A DNA stretch of 32,000 nucleotides, taken from assembly GCF_000400465.1 (NCBI RefSeq), contig NW_008806297.1, positions 66,096-98,095 of the forward strand, given 5' to 3'. The stretch comes from Wallemia ichthyophaga EXF-994. Lineage: Eukaryota; Fungi; Basidiomycota. Below, one piece after another: positions 1 to 11,720 of the stretch. How positions within the stretch are numbered: the first letter of the stretch is position 1; every line of letters begins with the position of its first letter. The notes below the pieces were generated by a model. It saw only the letters and a list, made by a program, of their open reading frames with translations, was not told the origin of the DNA and did no database searches. The position numbers were made by a program, and so were the translations under genes.

Positions 1-663
1 TTGACATATCTGTATGATGTGCATAGGATCATCCACAGAGACGTTAAACCGTCAAACATACTAATAAACTCAAAGGGACAGATAAAATTATGTGATTTTG
101 GCGTTAGCGGGGAGCTTATCAACTCGATAGCAGATACCTTTGTAGGTACATCAACCTACATGTCTCCGGAGCGTATCCAGGGCGCACAATATACCGTCAA
201 GTCAGATGTGTGGAGTTTAGGAATTACCATGATAGAGATAGCGCTTGGTAGATTCCCATTTGCAGATGTGGAAGAGGAAGAGAGTGAGGAGGAGGGTAGA
301 GAGGATGATCTGACGCTGAATGCCAACTCAACGCTGAGTCCATCGAATGCTACAAGGCCTAGGGCTTCTTCAAGAGCAGGAACTACTATAGGAGTTACTC
401 AAGGTGTTGCTATGAAGCAGTCGGTGAAAACACACGCGCCCAAGAAGAAGACAAAGGGGGTAATGTCGATACTTGATCTATTGCAATTTATAGTAAATGA
501 GGATCCACCTAGGCTCACAAAGTTTGGGAAAAACGCACAAGATTTCGTCGACAAGTGCCTGATTAAGGATGTTAAATTACGACCAACACCAAAACAACTG
601 CTCGAACAGAATTTAATCCAAGAAGCTTTAAAGAAGGAAATTAAATTAAATGAAATATTATAA
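1..663 (+). CDS. STE7: MAP kinase kinase, Ste7/Fuz7 type (C-terminal part; 5' end lies outside the window)
   Basis: HRDVKPSN catalytic loop, DFG, activation loop [23 protein letters not shown] typical of Ste7/MEK-type MAP2Ks, and a low-complexity insert after subdomain IX. Stop TAA at 661-663. Confidence 0.9.
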   Translation: MTYLYDVHRIIHRDVKPSNILINSKGQIKLCDFGVSGELINSIADTFVGTSTYMSPERIQGAQYTVKSDVWSLGITMIEIALGRFPFADVEEEESEEEGREDDLTLNANSTLSPSNATRPRASSRAGTTIGVTQGVAMKQSVKTHAPKKKTKGVMSILDLLQFIVNEDPPRLTKFGKNAQDFVDKCLIKDVKLRPTPKQLLEQNLIQEALKKEIKLNEIL

Positions 664-2268
664 ATTAATTAATCTAAATGATTTCAATAGCGTGCGGCTT
701 GAGAATGGTGAATTGGTGGTAGATCATGTTCCCTTTGAGATGGTCGATAGTGGCAGGGGCGATGGTGACAGGCAGAGATACGTCGAGAATGGCGGTACCA
801 TCACTAAAGCCACGCCTGTCCAACTCAAGCGCTCGATTTCCACCCAGCAATCAACACTACGTCAGCGACAGGATCAGCTTGCAAAAGAGAAGGAGAGCAA
901 GAAAGCTGTATTGTTAGATACACCTCCTGCAACAGGAAGGAATGGCAAAGGAGGTAAAAGCATAGTGGGGATGGGAATGGGTGTCAAGAAACTACCTCAA
1001 CCTAAGCCTGCTTCTATTCCAACAACCTCAGCAGCTTCAACAACCTCAACAACCTCAACAACCTCAACAAACACAGAAGCTAACCCTCCAACGCCATCCA
1101 CACATCCGGATAAACTGGTTGAGTTGAAAACACGCGTCGTTCAACTCCTTGCGCTGAGATCAATGGAAGCGGGGGAGGTAGTTAGCAAGTTAGACGCACA
1201 TCCTCAAGACATCCAATACCTGCTCAGCCAAGTAGCCTACTCGCAGAAAACAATGCAGACATCCACCCCACTCTTTCACATCAAACATGAATTGTGGAAT
1301 GATGTACGGGTGGACGACTGGAGTGAGTACTCAGATTCAGAGAAACAGCAAGTGGCGGCAGCCGTGAGGCGCAAGACGGGCAAAATTAGTCAATGTATTG
1401 CTAGCACTGTTGCTCCGAGTAAGGACAAGGAGAGGGACAAGGAGAAAGACAAAGATGGCAAGAAAGCTGCACCTGCAAAAACAAGACAAAACCTTCTGCG
1501 TGCGTCTCAAGGAAAGAAGGTTAGCAGGTCACCGTCACCCGCCAATTCCAAGGCGATGCTTAATTCTAAGGATGCATCGTCTAGCGGTAAGGATAAGGAG
1601 AAAGACAAGGAGAAAGGCAAGGATGTAGACAAGGAAAAAGATAAGGGTAAGGAAAAGGACAAGGAGAAAGATAAGGATAAGGACAAGGACAAGGAGAAAG
1701 AAAAAGACACACAGTCATCAAATGGCTCAAGGAGTCCGAGTGTGCTCTCCGCGCACTCATCTTCAGCTGCTAGCAAGGATAGTGCAAAGAGAAAGCGCCA
1801 AGATGAAGCAGCGGAGGCAGCAAAAAATGTTACAGCCACTCAAACCAAGACAACAACCTCAAAGCGAATGAAGAAGGGTGAGTGAGGGTGGTTGATTTTA
1901 AGTGGTAAAGATGACTAACGATATCCCCAGATGAAAGTGCTACTCGATCGAAACAACGAAGCAAGATAGATTACACGTCGTCAGAAGATTCAGCAACACC
2001 ACCGCCACCAAAACCCAAGATGAAAGGGGTTGACAAGAGGCTGAACAATGATGAGAATTACAAACAACTATATCAGCAGTACCTGTCAGCAATGAACACG
2101 TTACAAACACAACATGCACTATATAAAGGGGAGTACGAAGGAACACATGACTTACCTACAATGTTACTGGGTGAAGGAGCAATACAGGCTTTAGTTATTG
2201 GAGTGAATGAAATGCACAAGCAACTAAATGAGATACGTCGTAAAGATATGCAAAGAAATGGAGAATAA
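650..2268 (+). CDS. ELL-like RNA polymerase II elongation factor candidate (2 exons; start uncertain, ATG 650 or 740)
   Basis: Exon 1 ends at 1877. Intron 1878-1930 (GTGAGT...ACTAAC...CCAG, phase 1) joins it in frame to 1931-2268. The central [11 protein letters not shown] segment, Lys/Asp/Glu-rich linker and helical C-terminus (YKQLYQQYL...HKQLNEIRR) resemble ELL/occludin-ELL proteins. Family call is from recognition only. Confidence 0.6.
1021..1075 (+). repeat. 9-bp coding tandem repeat (ACAACCTCA)n encoding (TTS)n
   Basis: Directly visible: acaacctca repeated consecutively, with one degenerate upstream copy. Confidence 0.8.
1585..1710 (+). repeat. Coding low-complexity repeat (AAGGAC/AAGGAG/AAGGAT)n encoding (KD/KE)n
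   Basis: Translation [40 protein letters not shown]. Confidence 0.8.
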
Positions 2269-2349
2269 AGATTATACCAAATTCAAGATGAATAGTTTGA
2301 ATAGTTTACAACAGTGATTACTGGGTACATATTTACAAATATATACACG

Positions 2350-3207
2350 TTAGATGCTAACTAAATGTTCAATGTCAGTTGGTGAGTTGTGTGATAGATT
2401 AGATTCAGTGAGACCTATGCATATGTCAGGGAGGTCATCAAGATGAGAATTTTCTTGAGGTTTTGTGGGTAATTGGACGAGCATCGAGAGGCTAATTGTA
2501 GGGTTAGAGACGTTGTTTTTTATGGGAGGAGGGAGTGATTTGACGGGATTTTCGAGTTGCAGTCTGCGCTGTCTTTCATCCTCTTGACGTTGACGTGAGA
2601 GATCCGCGAGGGCTTGAAGACGTTGTCTGCGCTCGTATTGGTCGTCTCTGCCTCTGTAAATTGGGGGCCAGAATCTGGATCTCGGTTTAGAGAAAAGGGC
2701 GAGACGAGCAGCGGCGCTTAGCCAGCCGGGGCTGGGATTATTTTCATCGTTAGAGTTGTCAGAAGATTGTAAAATATGAGTCATGGATTGCGGGACCGAG
2801 ATTGTCGCAGCGAAAGGTCTTTGATAATCGACATTTGAGCGAGAGTCTTTATCAATAAAAACCTCAAACAACTCGGGTTTATTGCCTAAATTGTTTATAT
2901 TTGACATTTCAGTGGAGTTGTTGGGATGATCAGTGTGATTGGTGAAGAAAGGGAAAATGCGGGGTTGATCGGTGGGTAAACCAAGGTGGAGTGCTCTTCT
3001 ACGTAAATACCAAGTGCGTAAAATTAAACCAGAGGAAACAGCCAATAAGATGGCAATAACGATCAAGAAAATGATGATGAATAGTTGATGGGTCTGTTGT
3101 GTTTTGAATTTTTAAATATTATTAAAATTAAAATAAATACTCACAGTTTGACCATCATCATTATTCTCATGTCCATTTGTATGTTGCCTTGCAAGTAATT
3201 CCATCAT
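2350..3207 (-). CDS. Orphan single-pass membrane protein, about 268 aa (exons 3207-3145, 3093-2350)
   Basis: ATG ATG at 3207/3204. Intron 3144-3094 (GTGAGT...CAACAG, phase 0) gives MMELLARQHTNGHENNDDGQT|THQLFIIIFLIVIAILLAVSSGLIL, followed by a basic stop-transfer RTWYLRRR. No family recognised. Confidence 0.7.
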
Positions 3208-3230
3208 CTCATTGTTCAATTCAAACCATT

Positions 3231-3280
3231 AAATATAACCAAATATAATTAAATATAATTAAATATTATTGAATATTATA
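3231..3280. repeat. 10-bp AT-rich tandem repeat (AAATATAATT-like, about 5 copies) in the 98-bp divergent intergenic region
   Basis: aaatataacc aaatataatt aaatataatt aaatattatt gaatattata, lying between ATG 3207(-) and ATG 3306(+). Confidence 0.75.
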
Positions 3281-3305
3281 AACATTATTCAGTAAACACG
3301 AGAAC

Positions 3306-6300
3306 ATGTCCTCATCCAATAAACCACTCACCTCTGTCAAAGTGGCTGTCAGGATTAGGCCAACAACCACTCAAGACTCCCATTTAATTCCTTCAAGATG
3401 GCAGAATTCTGTCGTTGAACCTTCCTCCAATTCCTCAATCAACATCCACAATTCCTCCTTCTCCTTTGATAGGGTACACGGACCTTCTGACACTCAAAAC
3501 ACTATCTACAACGACAACGTTGATAATCTCGTAAATAGCTTTGTTGATGGTTACAACGTTACTATCCTCGCGTACGGCCAAACTTCCTCGGGTAAATCCT
3601 ATACCATGGGTACTTGCATCTCAGACAGCGCACATGATACCTCAATCGACTCATCTACCGGTATCGTCCCTAGGGCAGTGGATCACATCTTCCACTCTCT
3701 CGATTCCAAAGGCGTCGACTTCTCCCTCAAAAACTCTTTTGTTGAAATCTACAATGAAGATTTAGTCGACCTACTTGGCCCAATTGGTGTTGAAAGACCT
3801 CCCGTTACGATCAGAGAAGCTTCCAATGGTACCATCATTTGGTCCGGTTTGAGAGAACCCCATGTTGCCTCCTCACAGGATGTTCTCAACAACTTATATA
3901 CCGGTTCCAACGTCCGCCAAACGAACGAGACTGAGATGAACGCTAAATCCTCTCGCTCTCACGCCATCTTCTCTTTAACTCTCACCCAGAAGAAGTACGT
4001 CGGTCCAGGTCATCCTCCTCAATCATCTCCTAATCCTCCTTCCACTCCTCGCTCTCGACCTTCTTCAAGTATTGCTCAAAGGGTCGCTTCCCCTTCGTTT
4101 AATCGTCCTTCAACTCCTACTTCTTCTTTCAAATCTGGCTTGCGTCCACCATCTAGTATGAGCAACAGATCTCCATCACCAGCTAAAAAACCCATCCAAG
4201 ATGAAGATGATGGTAATTACATTACAATTACTTCTAAATTTCATTTCGTCGATTTAGCTGGTTCTGAAAGATTAAAAAGAACAGCTGCTGAGGGTGCTAG
4301 AGCTAGTGAAGCTATATCCATCAATTCTGGTTTACTCGCACTCGGTAATGTTATCAGCGCTCTCGGTGACCCTTCTAAAGCCAGAGCAAAAACTTATATA
4401 CCATACAGAGACTCAAAGTTAACCCGCCTCCTACAAGACAGCTTAGGTGGCAATGCTCAAACCACTATGATTGCCTGTGTTAGTCCTGCAGAGTACAATA
4501 CAAGCGAAACCATAAATACTCTCAAGTACGCCAATAGAGCTAGGAATATAAAAAACAAGGCTGAAGTTAATCAAGTTGATGCTGGTTGGGAGGACATTGA
4601 ATGGTTACAAAGTACTGTCACAAAGCTGAGAAAGGAATTGGGTACCCTCAGAGCAGGTAAGATACCTGACACCTCAAGCTCCACCAACTCTTCTAAAGAA
4701 CAAGTCGAACATCTAGAAAACAAATATGAAGAGTCTACTTCTGAACTGGAAAACTTACGCTTACAACTCTCTAACGCCGAAGATTCTCCAAATGTACAAC
4801 AGAAAGCTTCATCGTTTGCAGAAATGGTAGCACCGGTGATTGAGGAGTATGAGCGTACTATAAATACACTAGAATCTGAACTTAAGCTGACAAAAGCTGC
4901 CGTTAGTCATACCAACATGGTTTACTCCGAAAGAGAGAGTGAATTTGATGAGCTTGCCGATAGAGAGGCGAACCAGACTAATCTAATTGAACAACTTCAT
5001 GGGAGGTTGCAAAAGTTGATCACTCGAGAGTCCACCACTGAAGCTTACGTTAAGGACCTTGAGAGTCAGCTCAAGGTTTTAACAGAAGGCGACGAAAGCT
5101 CTGCCGCTGCTCTCGCTGATATCAGGAAAGAACTCGCCAAACACCGTGAATTAGAATCTAAGAATGAGCAATACATACTCGATGTCGAGAGTAAGCTGAA
5201 TGGTGTTGAGCATCTCAATTCTGGTTTGGTTGAAAAGGTGGAGATGCTCGAGAAAGAGGCACATGAGCGTGATGAGCAGCTTGAGCAACTTGAACTACGC
5301 CTCAATTTATATAACGACGGTGATGACAGTAAGGCTATTCTTGCTACAGTCGACAAAACCAACGCGAAGCATGCACATATGGAGGTTAGACTAGAGGAAT
5401 TAATCAACGAGAGGGAAAAACTGTTTGAAGAGAGCACCATACTGAGAACAACCGCTGAGCAAGAAGGTTTTGCACGTAATGATGCCCTTAGACGTCTTGG
5501 GGAAGTGGAGTCTGAAAAGACAAAGATCGCAACTGCGTTCAAATTGGAAGGTGGAAAGATAAACACCAATGGCATTGGTAATGGTGTTAAAGAGATAACA
5601 CCTCCAAATACGCCAGGCCAGAGTCAATCACAAGATGAACATATTCTCAAATCTGAATTGGTAGAATTGAGAGTTGAATTACAGAAAATACAAATGTTGC
5701 ACAAAAAAACACTCAACGAGTTAGACACCCTTCAATCCAGATATCGCGATGCATTGAAGGAGATTGGTGAATTAACTGGACAAATTGAAGAGCATAAATT
5801 AATCAACACCAACGAAGATGGTGTTATCGCGACTGGTTCTCAACCTGCAACTCACATAGTTGACCAATCAACTGGAAAATTGAGAAGAAAGTTATCGTTT
5901 GAGTCTGGTGGTATAACTTTGCCATCTGGATCTGGAGCAGTGAAGGATGTAAAACGAAACAGTATTTCTATTCCACGCAGAAATTCACTGCAGAATTTAC
6001 AATCACCAACCAATTTGGCAAGGACATCGGCTTTTTTTGGTCGTCAGCCCCTCGTAACAGGAGGTGGGAATGGAGGGGCGACGACATCGGCAGCGACATC
6101 CGCAACAACACCAGCAACAAGCTCAATGACACCAGCGACAAGCTCAACACCCCCACCATCAGCACCTCCAACAACCCAAAAAGGAAATGGACATGCGCGT
6201 ACACCCTCCTTGTTATTATCCCAGGAATTATCCTCGCATCGTCAATCGCGTTCGAGCTGGGCAGGTCCTCCGTCACCAGGAGTCAGTCCTCGACTTAGCA

Positions 6301-8420
6301 TGAACAATTCGCCTTCAAGGAGTATTGAAAGTCTTGAAAGAGAAATTCAAACACTTCAAAAGACTCTCAAGGATAGAGATGACGAGATTGACATGCTTGA
6401 AAAGGAGATTCCTCAGTTGAAGAGGGCTAGTAGTGCTAAGGAGGTCGAGGGCACAGGCAGTGATGTCGCGTTTGAAAGTCACAGTCACAGTCACAGTGAT
6501 GTTGACGGTGATAAAGACGCGGACATCAAACAAGAGCATATCGCTCGTTTCAATGAGTTGATGACGTACGTGTACCTTCATGATATCAACTCAACTCACA
6601 ACATACAGCTCCATGGCAATTAAGGAGTCTGCCCATAGTGAACAGATTGAGCGACTGAAAAGTTCATACGACCTCGAAAAGCGTCAGAATGAAGACTTGA
6701 AGTCGCTTACCAAGATGCAGATTACCAACATGTCTACCGAAGTAGAAGCTTACAGAAATCAACTCGAAGGACGCGACAATGAACTCAAGAAATTGGAGGA
6801 GAGTCTCGAAGAAGCCGAGAAGGAGTTCACTACAGCAAAAAAGACATTAACAGACGCCCACTCCATCGAGCTTGCCAGTGTCAAAGCTAAACACCAAGAG
6901 GTCCTCTACAACACCAACTTGGAATACGATAAGATGTCTAACAAGACAGAGAAAGACGTTGAGCGTGAAAGTCTTATAGAAAAGATCAAGATGTCCCACG
7001 AGAATTCACTCAACGGAATCAAAAAGGAGTATAAAGAAGTTGTCAATGTACTCAAATCTTCCAACGAAAGTCTTATTAAGGAGGTTGAAGAAGTGAAGAA
7101 CAGGATGACATCCAATCACGAAGAAACTATAAGCGAGCTACGCAGAAAACAAAAAGATGAATTAGAGAGAGCATCACTTTTGGCAAGTGACGCTCAAAGC
7201 GAGATGCACGACGAGTATGCAAAAGTCATCGAGGGTATGAGGAAGGAGTATGATGAGAAGGTTGTCAGCGATCGTGAACGCCAAGATGTTGCAAACCCGC
7301 TGGAGGAGGAGTTGCGATTTGTGAAGGAGAGTATGCAAGGACAACAAGTTGAGACCATCAAGCTCAAGGAGCAGCTTAGTAACGCTGATGCTGAGAGGGA
7401 CGAACGCGCAGGAAATGCTGACGAGGTTGCTGCTTTGAGATCACAGCTGCAAATGCAAAAGGAGCGTAACGAAAGTGATCAGAAGAACTTTGCGGAAGCT
7501 CTCCAGACGATCGAAGGTGCCATCAACGAGAGAGATAGTCTGCAGGTCGAGAGAGATGAACTACAGGCTGAAGTGAACGACTTTACATCGCGCAACAACT
7601 CGTATGAATACCAACAACTCGAACTGACACGATCGAAGGAGGAAATCTCATCCCTCACGCATGACAGATTACGTTTGGAGAGTGCGTTGAAGGACTACGA
7701 AAATGTCAGAATGAAGGAGAACGAGTTACAATCGCCGGTTTTAATAGATGCAGCACCAAAGTCTCCACGTTTGTCTAGAGGCAACTCAGGCGGATCTAAT
7801 GTTCCGCCTCCGACACCGCCACCGTCGATACCCCCACCGCCACCACCTCAGAACGGTAAGCAGAGACAGTCGACGTCATCACGTCCGGAGAGTGCAGCAA
7901 GCATCCGCTCGCAGAATGAGATGCACCCAGAAAGTATCAAGCAGCTGGAGGAAGCTGAGCAGCAGATAAAGACGCTTACCAAGCAACTCGACCACTGCGA
8001 GGCGGATCTCCAGGCGAACATCGATCTCGTGCAGACGTTGGAGAATGCATTGATGGGTGAGTGACCATGCTTAATTACCTAATTTTGCTGACAGACTTAC
8101 AGACTCAGAGAGATCTCTAAGAAAGGCGCGCGTGAACATGAACGATCTGGTTAAGGACAGAGACATGGCGACAGCGCAAGTCACCCAACTGCGACAAGAG
8201 ATCGATAGCAAACAGCAGGAGATCGATAGTACCAGACACAGCGTCGTCGAGGAGAGGAGACAGTCTGCACTCAAGCTCGACCAGGAGAGGTCGCAGAGAG
8301 ACAGAGCCAGAGCCCAGCTCGAGCAGCGTGTCGAAGACATGCAGAAAAGAAGTGGGTTTGAGTTGTTGATTTGTTCCCGCTGACCCACATCCCACAGAAA
8401 GCAAATTGCGTTGCTTCTAA
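3306..8420 (+). CDS. Kinesin-4-like (KIF4/KIF21-like) motor with long coiled-coil tail, about 1659 aa (exons 3306-6565, 6609-8056, 8103-8351, 8398-8420)
   Basis: P-loop GQTSSGKS, switch I SSRSH, switch II DLAGSE, and HIPYR-like YIPYRDSKLTRLLQDSLGG. Introns 6566-6608, 8057-8102 and 8352-8397 all have GT-AG ends and fuse four ORF-track pieces in frame. C-terminus is KRKSKLRCF. Confidence 0.9.
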
Positions 8421-8857
8421 TTTTGTCGCAGCGTTGTGAAATCACCGAATACTTTAAACTTTGTACTATATTTATTTCTTTCCTTTCCTTCATGCTACAT
8501 TCTAGACGCTCAGCATGACGTTAGCAAAGTGCAAAGATTTACTGATTGTTGTATCAGATTCTCTTTCTTCGCCGTCCAAAATAAGCATCGGCAAAATCAC
8601 TGATGATAATTAAATCTGATTATTTGTTAAGACGATACATGTTTAAACTGCGTCCATCAATACTTCTTAAAGCATGAGGAGTCAAAGGCGGTGCTGAATT
8701 TACTGGGAACATTTCTTGACTAGCGTCTTAATTTCTGAATTTTTGGTGAACCTCAATTACATTGAACCACCTCACTGTGCTGTTACGCACCTGCCCTGCA
8801 GGTCAGCTCTGCCCGTTTTAGCTGACAAATATGTAATAAAGGAAATCGTATGTACAT

Positions 8858-8946
8858 GTCAGTTTGGCCGAGTGGTTAAGGCGCTTGACTCGAACGGCGA
8901 AATCAAGTTCTCTTTGGGATCACAGGTTCGAATCCTGTAGCTGACG
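8858..8946 (+). tRNA. tRNA-Ser(CGA) with 7-nt intron (8895-8901)
   Basis: Acceptor stem GTCAGTT/AGCTGAC, A box TGGCCGAGTGG, anticodon stem CTTGA/TCAAG, anticodon CGA at 8891-8893, long variable arm, T arm ACAGG-TTCGAAT-CCTGT, and a T5 terminator at 8951. The spliced length is 82 nt, as expected for Ser. Confidence 0.93.
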
Positions 8947-9092
8947 AATATTTTTGACTTCGGCACCAATTTATGGACAGCCTGTTATACTTGTGCATTT
9001 GGACGTCTTCTGTGCAGCGTCGTAATCCTCACTTACTTTATGCACATCACTCGCGATCGTGACACGTTACAGGATTTATACATTATAATACA

Positions 9093-10912
9093 CTACACAG
9101 TACTGTCGATAAGGTTTAGCAGGAGGGAGCCTCCCAGTGCGAATCCCACCAACGATAACGTGACTGCGTTCAATAGCCACATATAATGCCTTCGCTGAGA
9201 GGCTCGCTGGTGTGTGCGCAAGGCTGAGCGCCCGACTTCCAGCTCAATCGCGTCGCTGCGCCATGGCCTGGAGAAGGGCAGATTGAACGAGTGGAGTACA
9301 GCGTTGACAAGCTCGGAGCCGTCGAGGAAGGGCAGCGGGAGCATGTTGACCATGCCAAAGGTCACCGAGAGTGTAATGATGTAGTTTGCGAGTGTTGAGA
9401 GAAGGTAGATCAAGTACTCCGGCATCAGTGCGGGATATCGAGATGCGTAGTCTGACACTTTCACTGAGGTTGTGTCAGCCAGCTCCGCTACATCCGCTGC
9501 ACCCACAAGTCTCCCACAGAAAGCGCTTGCTGCTCTGGACAACAACGCTTTCCCGCTCATTCTCCTTCCCGAGGTATCCAATGCGCAGCATGTGTGACAG
9601 CGGGTGAGGGCGCACACACACGGACTTCTCCTCGTCTGTTTCCAGACAGTTTACGGGTTCTCCCAGCATCACTTCGGATGGATCTAAACAGGCTTCGCGG
9701 TTGGCAAGCAGAGTTGCCTGGTGGGCTACAAAACAACCCGCACCGCTTACAGCCTCCTCTAAGCTGGCGCTCCGGCAGCATGATGTTTCTGAGGCTGTTG
9801 GAGTGCTCTTGTGAGTGGAGGCCTCCATCAGGACGACTCCACTTACAGTTGAACACAGCTAAATCGACTAACCAAGCGTAATGGCTTTTTGGCTCCTTGG
9901 TTCTCGACAAAAGATAATCGTCCCAAATATCCACGTCCATCTCATCTACATCACTGGGCCTACCTAAATTAACCGTGTCTATAGACGTAATTATAGCGGC
10001 GGGATGTATATACCCATAGAGCTTATTTTTCTGTGCTTTAGTTAGCGACGTATCCCGTGCCATCCCGAGAAAACCTCAAGGACACTTTCGAGTCACAGCC
10101 TACCTCCGAAATCTCAGTGACAGATCTGCCATAGTCACCAACGTAGATGAAAAGCTGATCGCTGCAAATATACGCAGCCACACTCAGTAGCAGCGCTAGG
10201 ATAAAGTTGTGGTAAGCGCCTGCGCAAATGATCCTGGCGCGAGGCCTGAGGGATATGTTTGCCAGCTGCGATTGGGATAGGGCAACGAATGCTCCTGGTA
10301 TAAACGGAAATGCTACGGCCACACCTGCAGATACTATATCGACGCTTTCACTATAGATAATATTAGTCTGCCCTACGCAACGCAATGCAACCTACTATAG
10401 CGCCGCCAAGGCATGACCGGCCTCGTGGAATACTTGCACGACCACAAAGGCAAGGAGGAAAATGGGTAGGTCGGATAGCGGGTTTGTCCAGCCTGGCAGC
10501 TGGGGTGGGTCAAACGAGCGCGTCTATCGCGTATGACACTCACGACTGGCTTGATGATGAGATTCTCGGCGAGAGACTCGGATTCACGCCCTTCTGCATA
10601 CCGTCTTGCGTGTAGATGCGCTGATGCGCCTCTGAATAAATTATAGAGCGCCTTGATAACGCTGGAGGAGTCCTTGAGAACAACTGCGGCGGTGAAGAAT
10701 GCGGATGATATCGAGATGAGCACGCCTAGATCATAACTTTGCCGGATGAAACCCTTGTATTTACTCCCAGCGAGCACCTCCAGCCGCCGCGTGCTCATGA
10801 ATTCGAATCTTCTCATTTTGATGTTGGCGTAGAGGGGTAAGAAACGATGGCGCGATGTGATGAAATGTCGCGGCAAATCACGCTCATTGAGGTACGAGTG
10901 TTTTAATCGCAC
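9093..10912 (-). CDS. STP1: Site-2 protease (M50 intramembrane zinc metalloprotease, MBTPS2/Stp1-like); N-terminal exon(s) unresolved
   Basis: HEAGH (HExxH) motif in exon 10499-10396 and NMLPLPFLDG (NPDG-type) motif in the last exon, with a Cys-rich insert. Introns 10543-10500, 10395-10351, 10103-10031, 9846-9795 and 9506-9464 all restore the frame. Confidence 0.88.
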
Positions 10913-11617
10913 TTGGCGGTATCTTTTGCAGCGTGATGTGCTGGTGGGATTGTTTTATAAACCGGTTTGAGCTACGCGCTCTATATTATCGATATTTGCA
11001 AGTACGTTGGACTGCGTATCGTATGCACACCATTTGCACGCTGACCCAGTCAGTCTTGGCTATAGCAAGGCAGCAAGATATCGTTCTTACCTGCAAATGT
11101 AAATATCTGACGTTCAGTGTATCATTGCTTAAATTCATGTGCTCAATTGGTTCTCATAAAAGTTTCACCTGTGGAGGCTAAACTTGCTGTAAAGATCTAA
11201 CATCAGGATAAAATGCATACGAATTTCCAATATAACATTTACTTTAATTGTCTAGAGCAATTCTATGTGGTTTTGAACAGTAAATCTCTAATTATAATGT
11301 AATCTTTCTTTACAGCGACTGCATGATTATAACATTGTACTCGGTATGACGAAATGAGTGGCTTCCACAAGTTATTAAAGGCAAAAATAAAAGATTGGAC
11401 TGTGTTCTTGCCCTTCAAAACCCGCAATACTCCTAAATCGCGACTTTTCCGAATTAAACGAAGCATTAATTGAAATTTTCTAGCTTCGTGAAACGAAAAT
11501 AAGATACATTTATTTCTGAACCTGGCGAAAACCCGGCAAACTACCGCAATGATTAATTGGATTTTTCAAGATTGCACAGTTTTGATTTGGGTTATACAAA
11601 AACAGTCTGTAATCATC

Positions 11618-11720
11618 GCTTTCGTGGCTTAGGGGTTATAGCGCCGTGTTAACACCGGCTCATCTTCCAAGATGAACAGTTGCTCCGCGGAGGTCGCCGG
11701 TTCGATTCCGGCCGAAAGCT
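11618..11720 (+). tRNA. tRNA-Val(AAC) with 30-nt intron (11655-11684)
   Basis: Acceptor stem GCTTTCG/CGAAAGC, anticodon stem CCGTG/CGCGG, anticodon AAC at 11651-11653, T arm GCCGG-TTCGATT-CCGGC, T run immediately downstream. The spliced length is 73 nt. Confidence 0.88.

Noticed and set aside
8599-8620. Box C/D snoRNA (TGATGA...CTGA)
   Set aside because: The boxes are only about 9 nt apart, with no terminal stem or identifiable guide.
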